Virus record (IMG/VR): IMGVR_UViG_3300005326_000026
Span: 1-42,811 of that record
Reading direction: 5' to 3' (one strand)
Source: a virus
Taxonomy: Duplodnaviria > Caudoviricetes
DNA length: 42,811 bases
The translations under genes were made by a program, and so were the position numbers. This document shows positions 9,643 to 18,502 of the stretch, piece after piece. Every line of letters begins with the position of its first letter. The first letter of the stretch is position 1. The notes beneath the pieces were generated by a model that saw only the letters and a list, made by a program, of their open reading frames with translations, did not search any database and was not told the DNA's origin.

Positions 9643-10126
9643 ACCATCGCAGTACGTAGATCAGGAACGGCAGATAAAGAAGGGCCGCTCATACTGTGGT
9701 GCCGCGTGTGCTGCAATGATTACCGGTGAGCCTCCGCAAGACGTGGCCGACGAGATAGGCAGCACCGCCGATGATATGAAGATCATCAACTACATCGAGC
9801 GCAACGGATACGAGACGCGCAAGATCGTTGACGGTGGAAGCGCTCAAACGCGATGGGCTTTTGCTCCGAGTGATGCTGATTTTGACCGGGTGCGCGATGC
9901 CATAGATGCCGGGCTTGTTGTGCTCTATCACTTCGCGGGCTGGGATAAACTGAGCAGCGGGCATTACGCGCTATGCATTGGATACGACACATTTGGATTC
10001 ACGTTTTACGATCCGGCCGGTGACAGGTTCAATGGCTATTTCAATCGCCACGGTAAGGGTGCCGTTTATACGATTGAGCAACTTCGCAAGGCTGGTATCA
10101 AGCGGTTGTTCTCGGTGGAAGTATGA
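9623..10126 (+). CDS. C39-like cysteine peptidase, probable endolysin
   Basis: Papain-like Q...YCGAAC, GHYAL, FYDP catalytic pattern; flanked by holin-like genes. Confidence 0.7.
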   Translation: MVGKLNEPSQYVDQERQIKKGRSYCGAACAAMITGEPPQDVADEIGSTADDMKIINYIERNGYETRKIVDGGSAQTRWAFAPSDADFDRVRDAIDAGLVVLYHFAGWDKLSSGHYALCIGYDTFGFTFYDPAGDRFNGYFNRHGKGAVYTIEQLRKAGIKRLFSVEV

Positions 10127-10311
10127 GACAAAAAAGAATAGACTATTATCTTGACAAGTTGCTTTCGCGCAAAATGCAGGTTGTAATTATTTCTATTGGC
10201 CTGTTTTTATTTACTGACAAATTCGACGCCGATAGCCTAGTCATTATCATGTGTGCTTATATGGGTTTTTCGGTAGCCCAAAGATTTGCACCACCGAACA
10301 CGGGAGGCTGA
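10123..10311 (+). CDS. Holin (two TM)
   Basis: 62 aa, KLLSRK followed by two hydrophobic helices. Confidence 0.6.
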   Translation: MRQKRIDYYLDKLLSRKMQVVIISIGLFLFTDKFDADSLVIIMCAYMGFSVAQRFAPPNTGG

Positions 10312-10312
10312 A

Positions 10313-10651
10313 ATGAAGCGCATAATAATCTCTTCGGCCTGCGGTCTTATCGTCGGTGCCGCGCTTGTGTATTTTCTTATGCCCGAACCCGGACCTCCCG
10401 AGATCGTCGAGATCGTCAAGCACGAAACGCGCTGGATAAAACCACCAGTGACCGATTGCGAGAAAGCCCCGATAGTCATTGAAGCCGTGATGGCCGACGA
10501 CGTTATGGAGATTACCGCCGGAGATGGATGTAAAACCGCGTCGGCTTCGGTTCGGCTTGAATGCCCCGCTCCACCGGTCAACGTAACGTCTCACACTGTT
10601 GCATTTAGTGGTGGTGCGCTCGCGGCGCTGGTGCTGGTCTTGCTGTTATAG
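10313..10651 (+). CDS. Membrane protein, possibly spanin-like
   Basis: N-terminal TM, Pro-rich linker, Cys residues, hydrophobic C-terminus; last gene of the lysis cassette; SD GGAGG. Confidence 0.4.
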   Translation: MKRIIISSACGLIVGAALVYFLMPEPGPPEIVEIVKHETRWIKPPVTDCEKAPIVIEAVMADDVMEITAGDGCKTASASVRLECPAPPVNVTSHTVAFSGGALAALVLVLLL

Positions 10652-10715
10652 TTATTTTCAATCATGTACCTCCTATGTCCGGTAGCAATGCCGGGCCTCT
10701 CCTCTCGGAGAGTTT

Positions 10716-10743
10716 GCCGCCCTACCTAGGGCGGTATTTTTTT
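10716..10743 (+). terminator. Intrinsic terminator ending the late operon
   Basis: GCCGCCCTA-CC-TAGGGCGGT stem followed by ATTTTTTT. Confidence 0.85.
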
Positions 10744-10754
10744 GTAAAAATTGC

Positions 10755-10783
10755 TTGACTTATTTTGCAATATCGACGACATT
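10755..10783 (+). promoter_or_regulatory. Early promoter candidate
   Basis: TTGACT-N17-GACATT just after the terminator; shares TTGACTTATTTTG with the promoter at 5620. Confidence 0.55.
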
Positions 10784-10827
10784 GTAATCAGTTAATTGGT
10801 GGCGACCAAAAACGCTAGGAGGTAAGC

Positions 10828-11172
10828 ATGGGTAAAGAAGAACTGTTGAGGGCATTACTGTCTGGTGGTTCCGGTGACGATGGCCCGCAGGCCGTAACCG
10901 GACAGGAGCGCGAGCGCGTATACGAGGAAATGCAGCACCTCGACCTGAAGCCGGGAGACAAGGTGCGCTGGATTTCCGAGGAGTACCGCGATGCAACATT
11001 CCCGGCGATGGAGGAAGTGGCCGAGGTTTTTCGCGTGTTCCCGATCGTGACCAAGGGACACACGGGAAGTAACCACGATGCCGACGAGAACGATTTTTCA
11101 ATTCTCACAAAAAAGGACGGGACATACTACGAATACACTTTCGACAGCCGCCGCTTCAAGCTCGTAGACTAG
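10828..11172 (+). CDS. Hypothetical protein
   Basis: Strong SD AGGAGG; 114 aa. Confidence 0.7.
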   Translation: MGKEELLRALLSGGSGDDGPQAVTGQERERVYEEMQHLDLKPGDKVRWISEEYRDATFPAMEEVAEVFRVFPIVTKGHTGSNHDADENDFSILTKKDGTYYEYTFDSRRFKLVD

Positions 11173-11338
11173 ATTCACAGCCCGGTGCAGCCCTCGACGA
11201 AAGGCGGCCGGGCAAAGCCCAAGGAGGACATCATGAACGACCGCACCTATTACCTTACCCGCTGGCTGATAGTTTACGGTACACCCGATGGCTTCGCCGA
11301 TTGGTGGAGCCTTCAGATTAAATTAAACGGAGGACGCG

Positions 11339-11497
11339 ATGACGACTGACCCACGAGTACCGTTTTCATGTTCGCTGCACAAGAGCGCTGCCGAGAAGAT
11401 CGAGCGCTACGTCGCAAAGCTGGTTCGCGCGGAGAAGGTGAAGCGCGGCGCAATCATCGAGCGTATGCTGCTCGAATCAATCAAGAAGGAGGACTGA
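11339..11497 (+). CDS. Ribbon-helix-helix-like DNA-binding protein (52 aa, not in ORF track)
   Basis: MTTDPRVPFSCSLHKSAAEKIERYVAK...KRGAIIERMLLESIKKED: alternating beta strand plus two helices; SD GGAGG. Confidence 0.55.
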   Translation: MTTDPRVPFSCSLHKSAAEKIERYVAKLVRAEKVKRGAIIERMLLESIKKED

Positions 11498-11498
11498 C

Positions 11499-11657
11499 AT
11501 GCAGAACGTAGACCAGATCGCAAAACTGCTTTCCCGCAACGGTCAGGTAAACCCGGCTTTCCGCGCTGCGGTAGCCGAGGCGTTAATGAATATCGGCGAG
11601 GAGATGGCAGCCGAGAAAATCAAGGAGGGCGAGAATGAATCGCAGAATATGGGATAA
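11499..11657 (+). CDS. Hypothetical protein (52 aa, not in ORF track)
   Basis: MQNVDQIAKLLSRNG...; SD AAGGAGG. Confidence 0.55.
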   Translation: MQNVDQIAKLLSRNGQVNPAFRAAVAEALMNIGEEMAAEKIKEGENESQNMG

Positions 11658-12252
11658 GGTACACAAGCCGGACCCGACATCGCTCAAAACGATTGGCGGC
11701 GGTCGCCTGAAAGGGATGACCGACATCAATCCACAGTGGCGCTTTCAAGCCGCGACAGATGTTTTCGGCCCGTGCGGTATTGGGTGGTGGTACACCATAA
11801 AGGAACTCTGGACGGCACCCGGTTCCGATGGACAGGTGATGGCGTTTGCGCGGGTGGATGTGTACTACCGCGATGGCGATGTAATCAGTGCCCCGGTCGA
11901 GGGCATTGGCGGTTCGATGATGATCTCAAAAGAGAAGGACTATCTCTATACGAACGATGAGTGCTACAAAATGGCCGTGACAGATGCGCTTTCAGTGGCG
12001 TTCAAGGCTCTCGGGTTCGGTGCTGAGATTTATGCCGGCCGATGGGACGGATCGAAGTACCTTGAAAAACCGAAGCCACCCGAACCGACCGCACAGGACA
12101 AGATCAAAGCGCTCCCCGAAAAAATACGCGCTGGCATGAAGGCCGTCGGAATCGACACCGTGGCGAAGGCTATGGCGTTCTGCGAAGCCCACAAGTGGAA
12201 CGAGGAAACAATGAACGCCGAGCTTAATAATATGGACGACGCTCATGCTTGA
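11635..12252 (+). CDS. Rad52/Sak-like single-strand annealing recombinase
   Basis: GMTDINPQWR, FGPCGIGW, DECYKMAVTDAL..A...LGFGAEIY motifs. Confidence 0.8.
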   Translation: MNRRIWDKVHKPDPTSLKTIGGGRLKGMTDINPQWRFQAATDVFGPCGIGWWYTIKELWTAPGSDGQVMAFARVDVYYRDGDVISAPVEGIGGSMMISKEKDYLYTNDECYKMAVTDALSVAFKALGFGAEIYAGRWDGSKYLEKPKPPEPTAQDKIKALPEKIRAGMKAVGIDTVAKAMAFCEAHKWNEETMNAELNNMDDAHA

Positions 12253-12826
12253 GTACAACGAGGAAACCAGGGTTCACTACATCGACGGGATTAAAGTCCC
12301 GTCGGTGACGAGTGTGCTCCCCAAAGAAGATATTTATGTGAGTGCTGAGGTATACGAGTCGGCAAGAATAGACGGAGTAGATAGGCATATTCGTATTGAG
12401 CGCTATCTTGATTCAAGAGATACTAATTTTGACCTTATGTTGGAAAAGTTCGCAGAGATGATAGACGAGATACGGCCCGGAAAGATGCTAATCCACGAAC
12501 AACCACTGTTTTCAAGAAAGCATATGTTTTGTGGGAAGCCGGATGTGATATTTGAAAGCGCGATATGGGATATCAAAAGATCATTCGGAAAATCCAGAAG
12601 GCACGCTTTACAGTTGGCAGCTTACGATATTTTGAGAGAAGAAAACGGGATGGGCACAACTAATGAATGGTGGATAATTGTTTGGGATGGTCGGCAATGG
12701 AAGCGCAGAAACGTTTACACAAAATATCAAGAATCACGAAAATGGTTCTTGACTTTATTAGAGTTCTACCATTATTATTATCCACAACGCAAACGGGAGG
12801 CTGGCGATGGGGCACAAGCAGTATGA
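12245..12826 (+). CDS. PD-(D/E)xK exonuclease (RecB/Cas4-like fold)
   Basis: PSVT, EQPL, CGKPD, WDIK, QLAAY motifs; paired with the annealase. Confidence 0.75.
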   Translation: MLEYNEETRVHYIDGIKVPSVTSVLPKEDIYVSAEVYESARIDGVDRHIRIERYLDSRDTNFDLMLEKFAEMIDEIRPGKMLIHEQPLFSRKHMFCGKPDVIFESAIWDIKRSFGKSRRHALQLAAYDILREENGMGTTNEWWIIVWDGRQWKRRNVYTKYQESRKWFLTLLEFYHYYYPQRKREAGDGAQAV

Positions 12827-13301
12827 AAATTATGAGATAACAAAAAATGGAGATGTTTATTATATGCGTGGCGATATTATTAGATTGCGTCGTCACCGGT
12901 TGGACAAGAAGGGATATCCAGTTATTTGCATCACGGACAAAGGGCGTGGGTACACTGTTAAAATACACCATATGGTTGCATTGCGACACTTACCTCTAAG
13001 GCCATCACCTCAACATGAAATTCGACATTTAGACGGTGATAAAACCAATAATCACTATACTAATTTAGCTTGGGGAACCGCCAAAGAGAATGCCGCAGAT
13101 AGAGAGGCTCACGGAAGAACGGCGAGGTGTGAACGAAATGGTGCAGCCAGATTAACACAGTCACAGGTGGATAGGATTCGGTTTTTGAAGGGAAAGGTTC
13201 AATACGGGTTCTGGTCTAATTTAGCCAGGGCACTCGATATTGATAGGCGCACGCTCTATCATGTGCTTAATAATGATAGCTGGAAGAGGAGGCTTAAATG
13301 A
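12807..13301 (+). CDS. HNH endonuclease with C-terminal HTH (homing-type)
   Basis: IHHMVA...IRHLDGDKTNNHYTNLAWGTAKEN. Confidence 0.88.
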   Translation: MGHKQYENYEITKNGDVYYMRGDIIRLRRHRLDKKGYPVICITDKGRGYTVKIHHMVALRHLPLRPSPQHEIRHLDGDKTNNHYTNLAWGTAKENAADREAHGRTARCERNGAARLTQSQVDRIRFLKGKVQYGFWSNLARALDIDRRTLYHVLNNDSWKRRLK

Positions 13302-13558
13302 ACAATGGCCACCCATACTCAGAACACGCCGACATCAACGGAGTTTTACCCGACGAGAAGTACGCGCCGCCGCGCATGATCGAAGCCCAGGGTTACGTCG
13401 ATTACATCGAGTCCTGCGATGAGTGCCCGTGCTATCAGGACACACACCGCCGCTGCCGTCTGATTGCGCGCGTCTCGGTATCGCTTAATCCGCGCGTTGA
13501 GGACAAGTACACGATTCATCCAGATTGCCCGTTAAAGCTGTACACGTCGAAAAAGTAG
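13298..13558 (+). CDS. Cys-rich hypothetical protein
   Basis: SCDECPCY...C...HPDCPL pattern. Confidence 0.6.
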   Translation: MNNGHPYSEHADINGVLPDEKYAPPRMIEAQGYVDYIESCDECPCYQDTHRRCRLIARVSVSLNPRVEDKYTIHPDCPLKLYTSKK

Positions 13559-13587
13559 TTGACTATTATTATGTCTCGTTGTATATT
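13559..13587 (+). promoter_or_regulatory. Sigma70-type promoter of the replication operon
   Basis: TTGACT-N17-TATATT. Confidence 0.8.
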
Positions 13588-13641
13588 GTATTCATGGCAT
13601 TGGCTCGGCCTGTTCCTCTGAGCGAGTGCCACAAAGCACGA

Positions 13642-13701
13642 GGGCCGCACGTTACCCAGGAACAACCCGCAAGGGTGGGAGCGTGTGGCCCGTTTTTATT
13701 T
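13642..13701 (+). terminator. Attenuator-like terminator in the initiator leader
   Basis: GGGCCGCACGTT/AGCGTGTGGCCC stem followed by GTTTTTATTT, directly before SD AGGAGG. Confidence 0.6.
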
Positions 13702-13712
13702 CAGGAGGAATT

Positions 13713-14399
13713 ATGCCAGACGAAATACGCAAGTCTTATTACGCGATCATTCCCGCAAACGTAAGATACGATAAGTCAATACCACCGAACGCAAAACTTT
13801 TATATGGCGAGATCACGGCACTGTCAAACGAGCATGGGTTCTGTTGGGCCGGGAACAAGTACTTCTCGGATTTGTATGAGGTATCAGAAAGCACAGTCAC
13901 GCGATGGGTGACTGCGCTTAAAAAGGCAGGATATATCCGTATTGAGTACGAAAAAAGAGGCTTTGAGATAACCACAAGGCGGCTGTATATTGTGGATAAC
14001 ATTGTGGATAAGTCTCTCGACGCGCAAAAATGCGAGTCGTCGGCAAGCAAAAATGCGTGTGGATCGACGCGCAAAAAGCGCAAAGAGAATACTACACTTA
14101 ATATTACATCTATTACACAAGAGACACCAACGGCACATCTGAGAACAGTCTTTAAATCCTTATATCCGGCATACTACCACGATGGTAAGCAAGCAAAGGC
14201 TCTATCAAATCTCTTGATCCATTACGACGCTCAGGTCATTGAAGACCTTGCGCGTAAAATGAACTCGCTGCGTGAGAATAAGCACCGATTATTTGAGGAA
14301 AAACCAATTACACCGGCGGCACTACTGTCGATGATCGATTATGTGGTCGCCGCGAAGTTACCGAGGAGGGCACCGACCACCGAGGAACTATATGGCTGA
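13713..14399 (+). CDS. Phage replication initiator (N-terminal winged HTH)
   Basis: YYAIIPANVRYDK...AKLLYGEITALSN..GFCWAGNKYFSDLY; SD at 13703-13708; internal iterons; upstream of the helicase. Confidence 0.85.
   Translation: MPDEIRKSYYAIIPANVRYDKSIPPNAKLLYGEITALSNEHGFCWAGNKYFSDLYEVSESTVTRWVTALKKAGYIRIEYEKRGFEITTRRLYIVDNIVDKSLDAQKCESSASKNACGSTRKKRKENTTLNITSITQETPTAHLRTVFKSLYPAYYHDGKQAKALSNLLIHYDAQVIEDLARKMNSLRENKHRLFEEKPITPAALLSMIDYVVAAKLPRRAPTTEELYG
13991..14120. other. Probable replication origin: two DnaA boxes, three iterons, AT-rich tract
   Basis: TGTGGATAA at 13991 and 14003; TCG(A/G)C(G/A)(C/A)GCAAAAA(T)GCG at 14017, 14040, 14064; AT-rich sequence after. Confidence 0.75.
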
Positions 14400-15657
14400 G
14401 ATAATCCACGACGCAGACGCCGAACGCGCGATCATCGCCACCGCAATTCAGCGCAACACATACCTTAGTCGCCTGCTAGAGTTGGAGCCTACTGATTTTT
14501 ACTCATCGGAGAACGCGCTTTTACTTAGTGTAATGCGCGACCTTTACAACGCCGGGGAGACTGTGGACATCCCTGTTATAAAGGCAACCCTGGTTCAGCG
14601 CGGAAAAACAGAAACTTTCGACGCAAAAAAAATAGATGAACTTCACGATGACGTGATGTACGCCGTGACATACAACTTCGACTGGATGTTCGAGAAGGTT
14701 CTCGACCTGTCGAAGAAGCGCAAGCTCGCGGCTCTCGGGACAAGGATCGTAGACGCCGCATCTACGCACGGAACGACAACCGACGAACTCGTGGAGAGAA
14801 TCGACCGGGCAGTGAGTGAGATCAACCGAGACAGATCGGCGAAGGCGGTGAGCGTGTCCGAGGTAGCGGCGGGTGGTGATTCTGGTTTCGTCGAGGCCGA
14901 GAAATATCTTACTACCGGATTTCCAGACCTTGATCAGATATTACTCGGGCTGTTTGGTGGGCAGTTGATTATCATCGGAGCGCGCCCCGGCGTGGGTAAG
15001 TCAGCGTTTGCGTTGCAGATGGCAGAACACATCGCGCGCGAAGGCCGGGTGCTTTTCTTCTCGCTGGAGATGCCGAAGAAGCAGATCATACGCCGCATGA
15101 TAACCCGCAAAACAGGAATCCCGGCGAACGCCATGCGAAGCGGGAATATCTCAGGCGACCAGCGCCGCGAGGTTCAGGCGACCTTGCGCGAGATAGAAAA
15201 AGATTATAAAAACCTAATTGTGATTGACAACGCCACAGACTTCTATACAATCGTCAACACGGCAAAGAAGCAATACGACCAGCACGGCCTCGCGTGTATC
15301 ATGATCGACTACCTTCAGCTTTGCCGGATGAAGTCAGCGGAAAAGCGGTACTTGCAGTTGGGGGAGATGACGGCGACACTAAAGGCGATGTCGATCAAGT
15401 ATGCTTTGCCGATAGTGGTGCTTTCTCAGTTAAGCCGCATTGCCGAGAACAAGACGCCGGAGCTTTCCGAGTTGCGCGAGTCCGGGAACATCGAACAGGA
15501 CGCGGACGTTGTTATTTTCCCACACCGTCCGAACACGAAGGAAGGCAAGGTTGAATTGATAATCGCAAAGAACCGTGATGGAAGTATAGGGTTTAAAAAA
15601 CTATTTTTCAATGCTCCGCGTTTGACATTTAACTCAATGACAGACGTGGAAGAATAA
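14392..15657 (+). CDS. dnaB: Replicative DNA helicase, DnaB family
   Basis: GARPGVGKS Walker A, FSLEM, IDYLQL, LSQLSR, LRESGNIEQDAD, IIAKNRDG. Confidence 0.96.
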   Translation: MAEIIHDADAERAIIATAIQRNTYLSRLLELEPTDFYSSENALLLSVMRDLYNAGETVDIPVIKATLVQRGKTETFDAKKIDELHDDVMYAVTYNFDWMFEKVLDLSKKRKLAALGTRIVDAASTHGTTTDELVERIDRAVSEINRDRSAKAVSVSEVAAGGDSGFVEAEKYLTTGFPDLDQILLGLFGGQLIIIGARPGVGKSAFALQMAEHIAREGRVLFFSLEMPKKQIIRRMITRKTGIPANAMRSGNISGDQRREVQATLREIEKDYKNLIVIDNATDFYTIVNTAKKQYDQHGLACIMIDYLQLCRMKSAEKRYLQLGEMTATLKAMSIKYALPIVVLSQLSRIAENKTPELSELRESGNIEQDADVVIFPHRPNTKEGKVELIIAKNRDGSIGFKKLFFNAPRLTFNSMTDVEE

Positions 15658-15667
15658 GGAGGAACCA

Positions 15668-15982
15668 ATGACACTGAAACAAAAAGCCTTAGCCCATTAC
15701 GACAGGATGATCGAGTGGGCCGAGAAGCAGCCGAAAAGAAAAATGGTTGACGGCTGGGGCGCAATGCTTTTGGAGATTGGAGAGAATTATTATGGAAAAT
15801 ATTGCGTATACTGTCGAAAGCATTTTAGGAAATCAAAGTGCAGCCTGGGTAGTGATGTAACATGCCAGTCAGGGGATGCTTGTTGTGGAGGTCTATGGGG
15901 GGAAATGTATTGCTCACTGACTTGGGGCACATGGGTAAAGCGCGCCCGCAAGGTGCGAGAATATATCGAGAAGCACGGATAA
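15668..15982 (+). CDS. Cys-rich hypothetical protein
   Basis: SD AAGGAGG; CVYC...C...C..CC. Confidence 0.65.
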   Translation: MTLKQKALAHYDRMIEWAEKQPKRKMVDGWGAMLLEIGENYYGKYCVYCRKHFRKSKCSLGSDVTCQSGDACCGGLWGEMYCSLTWGTWVKRARKVREYIEKHG

Positions 15983-15993
15983 GGAGGAAGTAA

Positions 15994-16389
15994 ATGTCAG
16001 ACCTTAACAGATGGTACGGAATCGGAAGGCTTACGCGCGACCCGGAGCTTACGTACACACAGGGCGGGGCGAGCGTGACAAAGTTCTCAATCGCGTCATC
16101 GTACACCTACACTAAGGACGGCGCGAAGAAGGAAACGACGAGCTTTTTCAACTGCGTGGCGTGGGCGAAGACCGGTGAGATCATCGCGCAGTACTTCAAG
16201 AAGGGCCAGCGCATAGCAATCGAGGGCCGATTGCAGCAGCGATCGTGGGACGACCAGAGCGGTAACAAGCGCACGGCTGTCGAGATCGTGGTTGAGAATT
16301 TCAACTTCATCGAGAAGGCCGAGAAGGGAGTCGATGCGGCAGCCGCGAAGGTTGATGATGCGTTCGGCGGGGGTGATACGCCATTTTAA
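15994..16389 (+). CDS. ssb: Single-stranded DNA-binding protein
   Basis: GRLTRDPEL, FFNCVAW, KGQRIAIEGRLQQRSW; acidic tail ending DTPF. Confidence 0.96.
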   Translation: MSDLNRWYGIGRLTRDPELTYTQGGASVTKFSIASSYTYTKDGAKKETTSFFNCVAWAKTGEIIAQYFKKGQRIAIEGRLQQRSWDDQSGNKRTAVEIVVENFNFIEKAEKGVDAAAAKVDDAFGGGDTPF

Positions 16390-16403
16390 TTTGCAAAAAC
16401 TTC

Positions 16404-16432
16404 TTGACATTTTATTGTGTATGGATTACATT
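16404..16432 (+). promoter_or_regulatory. Sigma70-type promoter
   Basis: TTGACA-N17-TACATT. Confidence 0.7.
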
Positions 16433-16461
16433 GTATCCATAACGATAAAGGAGGAATTACA

Positions 16462-16872
16462 ATGAAAGAAAACATTCTTGTCGGGAAACTCATTGATGGT
16501 ATTAAAATAGCCGAGGACAAAATGGCATTGTTGTTTTTGACTGATGCAGGAGAAATCATGGCGCTGGCCGACGCCGATTGCTGTTCTTCAACGTGGATCG
16601 AGTCGGTAGAGATTCCATTTGTCGAGTTTCCGTGCCGCGTGTTGCGTGTTGAAGATATTCCAATGCCAGACTTGGGGAAACTTGACGGGTGTGATGTTGT
16701 AGCTTACTATGGTCTAAGAATTTCTACCGATAAGGGCGACATCATCATAGACTATCGCAATGATTCAAACGGATATTACGGTGGGAACATCGTGTGGCCG
16801 GATGATAATTTCTATGGTGGCGTTTACGGTCAGAATATTTCAAAATGCGTATGGGTAAACCTGGGGGAATAA
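16462..16872 (+). CDS. Conserved-type phage hypothetical protein
   Basis: SD AAGGAGG; DCCSSTWIE and YRNDSNGYYGG motifs. Confidence 0.7.
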   Translation: MKENILVGKLIDGIKIAEDKMALLFLTDAGEIMALADADCCSSTWIESVEIPFVEFPCRVLRVEDIPMPDLGKLDGCDVVAYYGLRISTDKGDIIIDYRNDSNGYYGGNIVWPDDNFYGGVYGQNISKCVWVNLGE

Positions 16873-17023
16873 TGATAGAACTTATCGTAATATGGGTTGC
16901 TGGCGTTTTAGTTATTGGTGGTGGTTTATTCCTTATTTTTGGAGACATATACACTGCATGGGTAAACCACAAAAGAGAAATTAACCTATCAAAAGAACGA
17001 CTAAAATACTATCATAAATATAA

Positions 17024-17224
17024 ATGAGGTATCAAATGATTAAGTATTTTTGTGACCTGTGCGGAGAAGAGATTAAAGGCGATGACGCCGAATCGGTTAA
17101 GTACAGGGTTCATGTGTCATCAGCATTAGATGGCGCTAGCTATGAAAGCGAAACCTGCGTTTGCCCCGGCTGCGCTTCTGTCACCATGGACACCATAAGC
17201 AAGCTCCGCGTGGAGGAGTCATGA
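17024..17224 (+). CDS. Zn-ribbon protein
   Basis: CDLCG...CPGC. Confidence 0.6.
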   Translation: MRYQMIKYFCDLCGEEIKGDDAESVKYRVHVSSALDGASYESETCVCPGCASVTMDTISKLRVEES

Positions 17225-17550
17225 GTAAATTAAAGCACACGCCGAAGCCGTGGAGAGTTCTTGAACCAGAAGCACATCGTCCATATTTACGGATTCGCGG
17301 GACGTGTCTAGGTGGCAGGTATAAAATAGCCAATGTTCTTTGCCCGCAATATGATGGGGTGCACGACAGAGAAAATGATGAAACAATAGCAAACGCCCGT
17401 CTCATCGCCGCCTCGCCGGACATGCTGGATGCTCTGATAGCACAATACAATCACACTAAAAACGATCACCACGTAAACGGGATGAACGAGGCTACAAAAT
17501 CAGCCATCGAATTCGCTACCGGCCTACCAATCGAGGAGGTACTCAAATGA
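17221..17550 (+). CDS. Hypothetical protein (HTPxPW...ARLIAAxPD type), paralog 1
   Basis: SD GGAGG; similar to 21157..21603. Confidence 0.7.
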   Translation: MSKLKHTPKPWRVLEPEAHRPYLRIRGTCLGGRYKIANVLCPQYDGVHDRENDETIANARLIAASPDMLDALIAQYNHTKNDHHVNGMNEATKSAIEFATGLPIEEVLK

Positions 17551-17632
17551 CATCAATCATTATAGGCGGCTTAGTATTGATAGCGCTGATCTGCACAGGG
17601 CTATTCATCATCTTGTGTCAGGTGTGCGACCG

Positions 17633-18073
17633 GTGAGAATAAACCTTGTCAAGCGCGCTGACGGTACGTTCATCCCGGCATATAACAGCGATGCCGAGAA
17701 GTGCTCGAAAATGAAGCCTGCGACGTACGCGATGTCCTGGAAGCGCGAGCGTAACCCGAGACACCACGCACTAGTGTTTGGGATGGCGCGGTGTACTCTG
17801 GAAAACACGTCGGGACCGTGGAACGCCGCTTACATGCGCGACCGCAACGGAACGCCATACGAGTTTTTAAAGGCAATCATGATTGAGATCGGGCAGGTCG
17901 ATATAAGCATGAAGCTCGACGGCACGCCGCGCCCGATGGTAAAGTCGCTGGCTTTTGAGCAGATGAACGAAGACGAGTTCCAGCCCATCAGCGACGCAAT
18001 ATCTGAGAAGTGCGCGGAAGTGCTCGGCGTTGAAGTTGACGAGTTTAGGAAAAACTATCAGGAGTACATGTGA
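17633..18073 (+). CDS. DUF1367-like protein
   Basis: LVK...TFIPA...RNPRHH...KSLAFEQMNEDEF pattern. Confidence 0.6.
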   Translation: MRINLVKRADGTFIPAYNSDAEKCSKMKPATYAMSWKRERNPRHHALVFGMARCTLENTSGPWNAAYMRDRNGTPYEFLKAIMIEIGQVDISMKLDGTPRPMVKSLAFEQMNEDEFQPISDAISEKCAEVLGVEVDEFRKNYQEYM

Positions 18074-18232
18074 TGAGTGATAAAATATCAAAGCTTGAAT
18101 TGGCAAGATTAGGGGTATGGTCGTCGGGGCGCATGTACCATACTGACTGGTGGTGGGATGTAGTGCTACAAACACAAGAAAATTATGAGGCCGCCATATT
18201 AGAGATCAAGCTTCAAGAGTCGGAAGCAAAAC

Positions 18233-18502
18233 ATGCTTGAAGGCACAATCAGACCCCCCGCGATCCGCAAACAGTTACCCCGCCAGTACCGCGAGTGGAA
18301 CAACGCGCGATCTAAGCTTCGTGGAGAATTAAAGTGCAACGGCTGCAAGAACTACTTTCCGCGCGACGAGGTAACGCGGGTGTACCCAGGGGCGAGCAAC
18401 AAATACAACGTCTACTGTCAGCCGTGTTTGGAGCGGCGCATCGCGCGGACTGGCGACCGTCGCGGGATTGAGACGAGATATTTCTCGGTGGGGGAGCGAT
18501 GA
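18233..18502 (+). CDS. Zn-finger hypothetical protein
   Basis: CNGC...CQPC. Confidence 0.55.
   Translation: MLEGTIRPPAIRKQLPRQYREWNNARSKLRGELKCNGCKNYFPRDEVTRVYPGASNKYNVYCQPCLERRIARTGDRRGIETRYFSVGER

Noticed and set aside
12778-12786. Isolated DnaA box TTATCCACA
   Set aside because: A single copy in coding sequence 1.2 kb from the origin cluster; could be chance.
12245-12826. Cas4 as part of a CRISPR system
   Set aside because: Lacks the Fe-S cysteine set and sits beside a recombinase, so a recombination exonuclease is more likely.
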